Shown in pieces: positions 56,168 to 64,000 of a stretch of 64,000 bases of DNA. Origin of the DNA: Oscillospiraceae bacterium (lineage in GTDB: Bacteria > Bacillota > Clostridia > Oscillospirales > Oscillospiraceae). Position numbers and translations under genes: made by a program. Positions within the stretch are counted from its first letter, which is position 1. Each line of letters begins with the position of its first letter. The notes beneath the pieces were generated by a model. The model did not search any database. It saw only the letters and a list, made by a program, of their open reading frames with translations, and was not told the DNA's origin. The stretch is taken from the NCBI GenBank assembly GCA_021202845.1, contig JAJQCF010000028.1:3796-67795 (forward strand). The letters run 5' to 3'.

Positions 56168-57146
56168 GGACATTTTCAAAGGTGTGGTCGGCTGCGCTGT
56201 GCTTGCCGCAATGATTTTTGCACTGACGCTGATTGCCATGAAACTCGGCAGCATCAGCATTACATACGGCGATTTGTTCAATGGCCTGTTCGTAGCCTAT
56301 GATAAACGCGTTGCGGTTATATATGACCTGCGGTTCCCGCGCATTATAGTAGCGCTGCTGGGCGGCGCGGCGCTGAGCTGCTCGGGACTGCTTTTTCAGG
56401 CTGTTCTGCGCAATCCGCTGGCCGACCCCGGCATTATCGGAATATCCGGCGGAGCCTCTCTGGCGGCGTCCGCTGTGACGGCGCTCTTCCCCGCGCTGTA
56501 TTTATCCGTACCGCTCATTGCCTTTTTTGGCGGTCTGGCAGCGTTCGCGGTAATATATTCTTTGTCATGGAAGGGCACGCTTGACCCCGTGAGGATTATC
56601 CTTGTAGGAATTGCCGTTGCCGCAGTGTTCACCGGACTTGGCGAGGTGCTGAACGGCATTGCCGACAGCACAGGAGTGTCGGTCAGCGTCAGCGGGCTTT
56701 CCCAACTCGTGTGGTCCGACGTGCGCATGATGGCGCTGTATTCCGCTGTCGGAATAGTGCTGGCCGCCGCACTGTCTCCCGCCTGTAATCTGCTGGCACT
56801 GGACGACAAAACTGTTCGCGGCCTCGGCGTTCGCGTTGACCGTCTGCGGCTTACCATTTCCGCCGTTGCCGTTCTGCTGGTAAGCGGCGTGACCGCGGTT
56901 ATCGGCGTAGTGGGTTTCCTTGCGCTTATTGTGCCCCATATGGCGCGGCGAATTGTTGGCTCCGACCATAGAGTGCTTGTGCCGTTTTGTGTCCTGCTGG
57001 GCGGCTTCGTCCTGCTTCTTGCCGACACAGCGGGGAGGCTGATTGCTTCCCCCAACGAGATTTCCGCAAGCATTATTATGAGCATAGTAGGCGGCCCATT
57101 CTTTATCTTTCTGCTCAAGCGAGGCGACAGACATGGTAAGCATTGA
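56151..57146 (+). CDS. FecCD-family ABC permease
   Basis: Polytopic ORF with RNPLADPGIIGISGGASL and other motifs typical of FecCD/BtuC. I prefer the TTG at 56151, after GGAGG; the track ORF begins at 56067. Confidence 0.85.
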   Translation: MKTIHKDIFKGVVGCAVLAAMIFALTLIAMKLGSISITYGDLFNGLFVAYDKRVAVIYDLRFPRIIVALLGGAALSCSGLLFQAVLRNPLADPGIIGISGGASLAASAVTALFPALYLSVPLIAFFGGLAAFAVIYSLSWKGTLDPVRIILVGIAVAAVFTGLGEVLNGIADSTGVSVSVSGLSQLVWSDVRMMALYSAVGIVLAAALSPACNLLALDDKTVRGLGVRVDRLRLTISAVAVLLVSGVTAVIGVVGFLALIVPHMARRIVGSDHRVLVPFCVLLGGFVLLLADTAGRLIASPNEISASIIMSIVGGPFFIFLLKRGDRHGKH

Positions 57147-57897
57147 ACATCTCACATTCTCCTATGACGGCCGGCCCGTATTGAATGACCTCTCCATTAA
57201 GATTAAAGACGGCGTAATAACCACCCTTTTGGGGGCAAACGGCTGCGGCAAAACCACGCTCCTGCAGCTGATGACAAAAAACCTCAAGCCGACTTGCGGA
57301 GCGATAAAGCTGGACGGCAGAGAGCTTAAAGACATATCGGTTAAAGAGTTTGCCCGCCGAGCGGCGATTGTTCATCAAAAAAATATAGCTCCCGACGACC
57401 TCAGCGTGGAGCGCCTTGTCAGCTATGGACGTCTGCCGTACAGCTCAATTTTCAGGCCGGGGCTGAACGAGGAAAATCAGGAGCAGGTGGAGCGGGCATT
57501 AAAGCTGACGAATATGGATACGCTGCGCGAGCGGCACGTTGGAACACTCTCCGGAGGACAGCGGCAGCGAGCGTTTATTGCAATGGCTCTGGCGCAAAAT
57601 ACGCGGCTGCTCTTTTTGGATGAACCGACCACGTTTCTCGATGTGCGTTATCAGGTGGAAATACTGCGCTTGGTAAAAACGCTGAACAAAGAGCAGGGCA
57701 TCACGATAGTCATGGTGCTCCACGACATCAATCAAGCGCTGACCTACTCGGATGAGGTGATAGGACTGCACGGCGGGAAGGCCGTTTTGCAGGGTGCTCC
57801 CGAGGATGTAATCAGCACGGAGAGCATACGCACGCTTTACGGCGTAGAGCTCCCGGTTTTTCACAGCGGCGGAAGGCTCTGCGTTATGGCGGTATAG
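57133..57897 (+). CDS. Heme/siderophore ABC transporter ATP-binding protein
   Basis: Walker A GANGCGKTT, signature LSGGQRQR, Walker B LLFLDEPT, H-loop VLHD. Confidence 0.9.
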   Translation: MVSIEHLTFSYDGRPVLNDLSIKIKDGVITTLLGANGCGKTTLLQLMTKNLKPTCGAIKLDGRELKDISVKEFARRAAIVHQKNIAPDDLSVERLVSYGRLPYSSIFRPGLNEENQEQVERALKLTNMDTLRERHVGTLSGGQRQRAFIAMALAQNTRLLFLDEPTTFLDVRYQVEILRLVKTLNKEQGITIVMVLHDINQALTYSDEVIGLHGGKAVLQGAPEDVISTESIRTLYGVELPVFHSGGRLCVMAV

Positions 57898-57900
57898 AAA

Positions 57901-58311
57901 ATGAAAGGTGCGGCTTTAACAATGAAAATATTTTTTATAATGCTCGGGCTTGTATGTCTCGGACTGGGCTGCATAGGCGTTGCGCTGCCGATACTGCCCA
58001 CCACGCCCTTCCTGCTTGCGGCGGCGTTCTGCTTTGCCAAAAGCTCCGAGCGCCTTAGCAACTGGTTCATGGGAACAAGGCTATATAAAAATAATCTTGA
58101 ACCCTTTGTGCGCGGAAATGGCATGACGTGGAGGGCGAAGCTGCGTATTATGGCAACTGTGACCGTTATTATGGTAATTGCTTTTATTGCTATGCGCGGC
58201 ACGACGGTCGGCAGGATATGTCTTGCCGTGGTGTGGGCGGCACATATCATAGCGTTTTGTTTTATTATCAAAACCTGTCCCCGTGAGGGAGAAAGCGGGG
58301 AAGAAAAATGA
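57901..58311 (+). CDS. ybaN: YbaN / DUF454 family inner-membrane protein
   Basis: GCIGVALPILPTTPFLLAAAFCFAKSS.RL..W is the DUF454 signature. The start is either 57901 or the ATG at 57922. Confidence 0.7.
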   Translation: MKGAALTMKIFFIMLGLVCLGLGCIGVALPILPTTPFLLAAAFCFAKSSERLSNWFMGTRLYKNNLEPFVRGNGMTWRAKLRIMATVTVIMVIAFIAMRGTTVGRICLAVVWAAHIIAFCFIIKTCPREGESGEEK

Positions 58312-60056
58312 TGATAAGCAAGCGTTTTTCGGCCATGCTGCCGGATATAAAACGCTTTATTTACGGCAAGGTATTTGTGAACTGGGTCTCGCTGCTGTCC
58401 GGCATATTGCTGTGGTTTGCCGTGGCGGATTTGCTGGAGCAGGCGCTGAACGGTCAGCTCTCAGCGGGCGGCACTGCGAGAGGCGTATGCATCGTCCTTG
58501 TGTGCGCGGCGGTCCGCTTTGTGCTGACGAAAGCCTCTGCGGAGCTGACGCACAGGGCTACTTCCCGCGTTAAGCTAAAGCTGAGGGAGCTGCTGTACGG
58601 AAAGCTCTGCCGTCTCGGCACAGACTATACGGACGCTTTTCCAACAGCGGAGGTCGTGCAGCTCGCGGGAGAGGGCGTGGAACAGCTGGAGAGCTATTAC
58701 GGCAATTTTCTTCCGCAGCTTTACTATGCGGTTCTGGCCCCAGTGACGCTTTTTGCGGTGTTCCTGCCTCTCTCACCGCTGACGGCTATAGTGCTTTTTG
58801 TCTGCGTGCCCCTGATTCCGGCTGCCATAATGTCCGTTGCGAAGGCCGCAAAGCGAATGATGGGAAAGTATTGGGATGCTTATGCCAATTTGGGCGACAG
58901 CTTTCTGGAAAACCTGCAAGGGCTGACAACTCTTAAAATCTATGGCGCTGACGAACGGCGCCACAGGCAAATGAATGAGGAAGCTGAACATTTCAGAAAA
59001 GTTACCATGAAGGTTCTCACCATGCAGCTCAATTCCGTAACAATCATGGATTTCGTAGCCTACGGCGGTACGGCGCTCGGCAGCATTTTATCCGTGTATG
59101 CGTTTATGAACGGACGGGTTTCATTCGGCGGCGCTGCTGCCATGATACTGCTTGCAAGCGAATTTTTCCTCGCCATGCGCGCGCTCGGCAGCTATTTTCA
59201 CGTTGCCATGAACGGAGCGGCGGCGAGCGAGAGAATGCTGCGGCTGCTCGACCTGCCGGAGCGCACAGACGGTGAGGCAGACATAAAGGACGGGGAAATA
59301 TCATTTGAAAATCTCAGCTTTTCTTATGGCAACGACAAAAAAGCCTTGGATTGTGTGAGCTTCATCGTTCCGCAGGGGAGTTTCGCTGCGGTCTGCGGCG
59401 AAAGCGGCTGCGGCAAGAGCACGCTGGCCTCAATTCTCGGCGGTTTGCGTTGCGGCTACAGCGGCAGCGCCTCAGTCGGCGGAACAGAGCTAAGCGCCGC
59501 GAAGTCGCAATGCCTGAGAAAACTGGTAACCGTCGTTTCAACAAACAGCTATATTTTCTCCGGCTCCATAAGGGATACTCTTTTGGAGGGAAAGCCGGAT
59601 GCCAATGACGAAGAGCTGTTGAATGCGCTGAAGCAGGTCAATCTTTTTGATTTTGTGCAGTCTCAGGGCGGGCTGGACATGAGCGTATCGGAGCGCGGCG
59701 CAAGTCTCTCCGGCGGGCAGAGGCAGCGTTTGGCGCTTGCGCGGGCGCTCTTGAGGGACAGTCCGATATATGTTTTCGACGAGGCGACAAGCAATATCGA
59801 CGCCGAAAGTGAGGCGGATATTATGAACGTAATACATTCTCTGCGCGGCAGGCATACGATTGTGCTCATATCCCACCGCCTTGCGAATGTAGTGGAAGCC
59901 GATTTTATAGCATATCTCAGCCGCGGCAAAATAGCGGAAATGGGAACACACTCGGAGCTTATAGGGCAAGGCGGAGAATATGCCGCAATGTATGCCGCAC
60001 AGCGGGAACTTGAACAAATAAGGGAGGGTGAAAAACAGTGCGCAGAAGCGGTTTGA
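58308..60056 (+). CDS. cydD: ABC exporter, fused permease/ATPase, CydD-like
   Basis: 582 aa with six TM helices plus an NBD (GESGCGKST, LSGGQRQR, VFDEATS). The N-terminal region resembles CydD-type thiol exporters, but the subfamily call is tentative. Confidence 0.6.
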   Translation: MMISKRFSAMLPDIKRFIYGKVFVNWVSLLSGILLWFAVADLLEQALNGQLSAGGTARGVCIVLVCAAVRFVLTKASAELTHRATSRVKLKLRELLYGKLCRLGTDYTDAFPTAEVVQLAGEGVEQLESYYGNFLPQLYYAVLAPVTLFAVFLPLSPLTAIVLFVCVPLIPAAIMSVAKAAKRMMGKYWDAYANLGDSFLENLQGLTTLKIYGADERRHRQMNEEAEHFRKVTMKVLTMQLNSVTIMDFVAYGGTALGSILSVYAFMNGRVSFGGAAAMILLASEFFLAMRALGSYFHVAMNGAAASERMLRLLDLPERTDGEADIKDGEISFENLSFSYGNDKKALDCVSFIVPQGSFAAVCGESGCGKSTLASILGGLRCGYSGSASVGGTELSAAKSQCLRKLVTVVSTNSYIFSGSIRDTLLEGKPDANDEELLNALKQVNLFDFVQSQGGLDMSVSERGASLSGGQRQRLALARALLRDSPIYVFDEATSNIDAESEADIMNVIHSLRGRHTIVLISHRLANVVEADFIAYLSRGKIAEMGTHSELIGQGGEYAAMYAAQRELEQIREGEKQCAEAV

Positions 60057-61687
60057 AAATTATGCTCGGTCTGCTTGGCCTTGTTAAGCCTTTGGCGCAT
60101 ATTATGCTGGCCGCTGTAGCAATGGGAACGGTGGGATATTTGTGCGCGATATCCATTACCGTTCTTGCCGTAAATATGCTGCTGACCTCCATGCATATAT
60201 CGCCGTGGCCGCTGTCTCTCAGCGCAGCAGCGGCGCTGATGCTGCTCTGCGCCCTGATGCGCGCCGCTCTGCGCTACGGAGAGCAGACCTGCGGCCACTA
60301 CATAGCGTTCAGACTGCTTGCCGTCATTCGTGACAGAGTTTTTGGCGCACTGCGCCGTCTGGCTCCCGCAAAGTTAGAGGGCAGAGGGCGCGGCGACCTT
60401 ATCTCGCTTATAACGGGAGACATAGAACTGCTGGAAGTTTTCTATGCCCACACGATAGCACCCGTCTGCATCGCGTTTTTGGTGTCTTTAACCGAGGCGA
60501 TTTTGATTAGCACGCTGTCACTGCCGCTCGGCTTGCTGGCAATTATATCGTACATCCTCGTCGGCTGTGTTATTCCCTTGGCCTCGGCACGCGCGGAGAA
60601 ATCCCGCGGAATGTCTGCCAGAAACAAACTCGGCGGGCTAAACTCTTTTTTTCTTGAATCCCTGCGCGGTATCCGCGAAACGCTGCAATATGGGCAGAAT
60701 GAAAAGCGCGCGCGGCGTGTTCAAAAGAAAACAGATGAGCTTAACAAAATTCAGGGCGAAATAAAGCGACACGAGGGAACAACCTCTGCACGTTCCGGAG
60801 CGGCGGTAACGCTCCTGACCCTTGCAATGTTTTTGGCCGGTTTGGCGCTGAGTGTAGATTTTTCGACGCTCGTTTTGACAACAGTGACGCTTTCAGCCTC
60901 ATTCGGACCCGTCCTTGCGCTTTCCAACCTCTCGGCTGCGCTCGGTCAAACGCTGGCCGCGGGAGAAAGAGTGCTGTCGCTGCTGGAGGAAATTCCCGAA
61001 ACCGAGGACATCACAAACGGTGAAACGCCGGAATATACGGGCGCGGAAGTCAAAAATCTCACATTTGCCTATGGCAGCGAGGAAATACTGCATGACCTTT
61101 CCGCGCAATTCCCGGCAGGTCAAATTGTGGCCGTAACAGGAAAAAGCGGCTCCGGCAAGAGTACGCTTTTGAAATTGCTTATGCGTTTTTGGAGCGCCGG
61201 AGACGGACAGGTGAACATCTCAGAAAGAGACATAGGTAAAATAAATACTGCCTGCCTGCGGGCAATGGAAGGCTATATGACACAGGAAAGCGACCTTTTC
61301 CATGACAGCATTGCCGACAACATCGGCATCGGCAAACCGGATGCCACAAGAGCGGAAATAGAAAACGCCGCCAAGAAGGCCTCGCTGCATGATTTCGTTA
61401 TTTCGCTGCCCAAAGGCTATGATACGCCCGTAGGGGAACTGGGCGAAACGCTCTCAGGAGGCGAACGCCAGCGCATAGGGCTCGCGCGCGCATTTCTGCA
61501 CGATGCGCCGCTGATGCTTTTGGACGAGCCGACCAGCAACCTTGACAGTCTGAACGAAGGCGTAATACTCAAGGCATTGCGTGAAAACCGTCAGGCAGGA
61601 CATACAGTGGTGCTGGTATCTCACCGCAAATCCACCCTTGCAATCGCCGACGCCTCTTACGCCGTGGAAAACGGTCGCTTCTGCTGA
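60038..61687 (+). CDS. cydC: ABC exporter, fused permease/ATPase, CydC-like
   Basis: 549 aa with NBD motifs GKSGSGKST, LSGGERQR, LLDEPTS. GTG start follows GGGAGGG and overlaps the upstream gene by 19 nt, as expected for a heterodimer partner. Confidence 0.6.
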   Translation: MRRSGLKIMLGLLGLVKPLAHIMLAAVAMGTVGYLCAISITVLAVNMLLTSMHISPWPLSLSAAAALMLLCALMRAALRYGEQTCGHYIAFRLLAVIRDRVFGALRRLAPAKLEGRGRGDLISLITGDIELLEVFYAHTIAPVCIAFLVSLTEAILISTLSLPLGLLAIISYILVGCVIPLASARAEKSRGMSARNKLGGLNSFFLESLRGIRETLQYGQNEKRARRVQKKTDELNKIQGEIKRHEGTTSARSGAAVTLLTLAMFLAGLALSVDFSTLVLTTVTLSASFGPVLALSNLSAALGQTLAAGERVLSLLEEIPETEDITNGETPEYTGAEVKNLTFAYGSEEILHDLSAQFPAGQIVAVTGKSGSGKSTLLKLLMRFWSAGDGQVNISERDIGKINTACLRAMEGYMTQESDLFHDSIADNIGIGKPDATRAEIENAAKKASLHDFVISLPKGYDTPVGELGETLSGGERQRIGLARAFLHDAPLMLLDEPTSNLDSLNEGVILKALRENRQAGHTVVLVSHRKSTLAIADASYAVENGRFC

Positions 61688-61748
61688 AGCGGAGCGATGA
61701 GCTTGAAACAACTTTGGCAAGCGGGGCATTTGTGCTACAAATGCAAAA

Positions 61749-61785
61749 AACGAGGAATTTCCGGCTAAGCGGATGCTCCTCGTTT
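61749..61785 (+). terminator. Candidate terminator after the CydC-like gene
   Basis: Outer stem ACGAGGA/TCCTCGT with inner stem TCCG/CGGA, followed by a modest T-rich tail. Confidence 0.35.
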
Positions 61786-62174
61786 CGCTTGCTGGTGTCT
61801 TCTCCCCAAACCCCTATTACAGCATGTTCTGTTGGTGCAAGCAACAAGATGATTTGGTTGGTGGGACAAGCCCGCCTTTTTAATAGGCCGCAGTTGGCGC
61901 GGGGCGCGCCTCGTGCCATACTCACGTCCTTTCGATGGAGTTTGGCAGCTTTTATCTTACAGGATTTTCGGGGGTGTGGTCTACTTTTTTCATATCCAAG
62001 AAAAATGTTGGTGCAGCCCTTCGCCTGCGGCGGTGGGTTACCCCAACATTTATAATAGTACCCTTTCTTTTTTCGACACATTACCCATAGAAAAGTTTCA
62101 ATTTACAAAAAAGTTTGGTTATATTAATATAATTTTAGGCAAAGTCCCAAACAAAAAAGAAAAGAGGTATTTCA

Positions 62175-64000
62175 ATGAAACAACAAAGGCGAATCACAAG
62201 GCTTATCTCTGTACTGCTTGTGCTGACAATGACGTTTACTTTGGCACCGTGCGTTTTGGCAGATACGGATAGCGCAGCGGCAGAGGTGAGGACGCTTGAC
62301 GTCAACGGTAGCAGTGCCTCGGTCGAGGTCTACAGCATTGACGGCGAGGACTATGTCAGCCTGCGCGATATTGCAGCGCTGATGAACGGAACGGACAGCC
62401 AGTTCTCTGTCTCGTACGACACCGACAGCAGCGTTGTCAGCGTAGTGCTTGGCGAGGCTTACGTTGCCGACGGCAGCGAGGTTGATGGGGACGGCGGCAG
62501 CGCTTCTTGCGTACCCAGCACGTGGAGTCTGCAGGTGAACGGTGTTGCGCTGGATGTTACCGCGTATGAAATAGACGGCGATAACTTCTATAGGCTGAGC
62601 GATATCGGAAACGCAGTCGGCCTGATTATCGAGTACGACGATAACGGCGCCGCGACAAAGCTGACCTCCGGCGGATATTCGCTGGTGTTTGACAGCAGTG
62701 ACTATGAAGTTTGCACGTACACGTTTGATGACGGTACGGAGATGCAATACCGTTTTTACGAAGGCATAGTATACTGCTCCAACCCCGCTCTGGTAGATTA
62801 TGAGGTACTGAACATATATGTACCCGCAGGATTTTATGAGGGCGACGGCACAGTCAACGGTTATACTGTAGATACTGCGCCGATATACAATCCGAACAGC
62901 GTCGGCGGCTATCTCTCTACCACTGCAGCAACACTGGAAAACAGAAACCAAGGCGCTGCAATGGCATATGCGCTTTCTATGGGATATGTATGCGTTACGG
63001 CTGCGGCGCGCGGCAACAACTCCACAGACGAGGACGGAAATTTTGTAGGGCTTGCTCCCGCCGGACTTGTGGATTTGAAAGCGGCAATACGCTATCTGCG
63101 CTTCAATGACGCGGTGATTCCGGGCGATACGGAAAAAATCATATCTAACGGCCTGAGCGCCGGTGGCGGCATGAGCTCTCTGCTGAGTGTTACCGGCAAC
63201 AGCGAGGATTACACAAAATATCTGCAGGAAATCAACGCTGCCGACACCAGAGACGATGTTTTTGCGGGCTTCTGCTTCTGCAACATTTTGGACCTCGAAA
63301 ATCTGAACGAAGCCTATGAATGGCTGTTTTCTCAGACAGGAGCGACAACCTATGCGGGCAAGTCCACTTGGAGCAAGAATACTGACGGAACGCCTATTGA
63401 AATGAGCGATGCCGAGCTGGCGCTGTCTGAAATTTTCTGCTCGATATATATTGACTATATTAACGGTATGAACCTGAAAAATCCCGAAACCGGAGAGGCG
63501 CTTTACCTGAACGAGGACGGCTCCGGTCCATTCTATGATTACCTGGAACAGCTCATAATAGAGGCCGCTCAGGAAGAGCTGGACAAAAACGGCACTCTGG
63601 TTTCCAACAACTATGGCGAGACCTTAGTGGATACGTTCACAGTTGAGGACGGAAAAGTAACGGATGTAGATATGAGCACATATCTGAACACCATTCAGCG
63701 TCTGACCGGCGTGGGCGCAATGGACAACGGCTTTATAGAGGTTTACAAGGACGGCGTGTATACGGGTCTTGTGCAGACCAACGAAGCAAAGCTCTTTGCC
63801 ATAAACGGCCTTTCGGAAATTGTTCACTTTGATTCCAACCTGATGCCGTCACTGGCTGCGGTCATCGAGCAGGGCTACACATTTGAGGCGCTGGAGAAGA
63901 ACGGCCTCACCGTGGAAGACTTTGCGGTGACAGAGGGCCTTGACCCGAGCGACCCTGAGAGCATTGTCTACATAATGAATCCGATGCACTATGTGGACGG
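62175..64000 (+). CDS. Secreted alpha/beta hydrolase, tannase (subtype B)-like, with two N-terminal copper-amine-oxidase-like stalk repeats (partial; runs off the window end)
   Basis: Absent from the ORF track (no stop in the window). Hand translation from ATG 62175 gives MKQQRRITRLISVLLVLTMTFTLAPCVLA... It contains two VNG...Y.IDG.(D/N)(Y/F)..L.DI repeats. These are followed by ...QYRFYEGIVYCSNP...VLNIYVPAGFYEG..., a nucleophile elbow NGLSAGGG, and a long cap region. Minus-strand ORF 62172..62951 is its shadow. Confidence 0.6.
   Translation, partial: MKQQRRITRLISVLLVLTMTFTLAPCVLADTDSAAAEVRTLDVNGSSASVEVYSIDGEDYVSLRDIAALMNGTDSQFSVSYDTDSSVVSVVLGEAYVADGSEVDGDGGSASCVPSTWSLQVNGVALDVTAYEIDGDNFYRLSDIGNAVGLIIEYDDNGAATKLTSGGYSLVFDSSDYEVCTYTFDDGTEMQYRFYEGIVYCSNPALVDYEVLNIYVPAGFYEGDGTVNGYTVDTAPIYNPNSVGGYLSTTAATLENRNQGAAMAYALSMGYVCVTAAARGNNSTDEDGNFVGLAPAGLVDLKAAIRYLRFNDAVIPGDTEKIISNGLSAGGGMSSLLSVTGNSEDYTKYLQEINAADTRDDVFAGFCFCNILDLENLNEAYEWLFSQTGATTYAGKSTWSKNTDGTPIEMSDAELALSEIFCSIYIDYINGMNLKNPETGEALYLNEDGSGPFYDYLEQLIIEAAQEELDKNGTLVSNNYGETLVDTFTVEDGKVTDVDMSTYLNTIQRLTGVGAMDNGFIEVYKDGVYTGLVQTNEAKLFAINGLSEIVHFDSNLMPSLAAVIEQGYTFEALEKNGLTVEDFAVTEGLDPSDPESIVYIMNPMHYVD

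Noticed and set aside
61840-61880. tRNA-like 3' end (minus strand ...GGCGGGCTTGTCCCACCA)
   Set aside because: No T-loop (GGTTCGA-type) or cloverleaf could be built around it, so the CCA is probably coincidental.

Overview
This is a high-GC Firmicutes-type chromosomal segment, probably Clostridia. That is inferred from the T-box leaders, AddAB, SLH domains, the FeoAB layout and strong GGAGG ribosome sites. About 50 protein genes can be supported. I saw no rRNA, tRNA, CRISPR array or intact mobile element.

Housekeeping and ordinary content:
- pheST behind a T-box leader, then uvrB, a MATE exporter, glgB, a GlgA-GH13 fusion gene and tadA.
- A copper unit: a promoter carrying a CsoR-type palindrome, then larE-like, tcdA, csoR and copA.
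- moeA and a feoA-feoA-feoB-Cys-rich-peptide operon.
- addBA, trxA plus a CoA-disulfide-reductase-like gene, and crp-yigZ-hflX.
- A T-box(UGG)-controlled ABC importer.
- A two-component system, a GT4 glycosyltransferase, rarD, and an FHA-SEDS/class B PBP pair.

The most interesting region is about 47.1-57.9 kb, possibly extending to 61.7 kb. It looks like a composite heme-acquisition island:
- a secreted single-domain NEAT-like protein;
- a 1671-aa SLH-anchored surface protein with three NEAT-like domains, one nearly identical at the DNA level to the small protein;
- a cytoplasmic DtxR-like regulator whose C-terminal half also looks NEAT-like;
- a Shp-like bis-Met heme-binding surface protein;
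- an HtsABC-like importer, followed by YbaN and CydDC-like exporters.

A TTAG-N6-CTAA palindrome recurs upstream of this island and within the feo operon promoter and intergenic regions.

All domain calls come from reading the translations by eye. No HMM, BLAST or folding was run. Hand-counted motif coordinates may be off by a few nucleotides.
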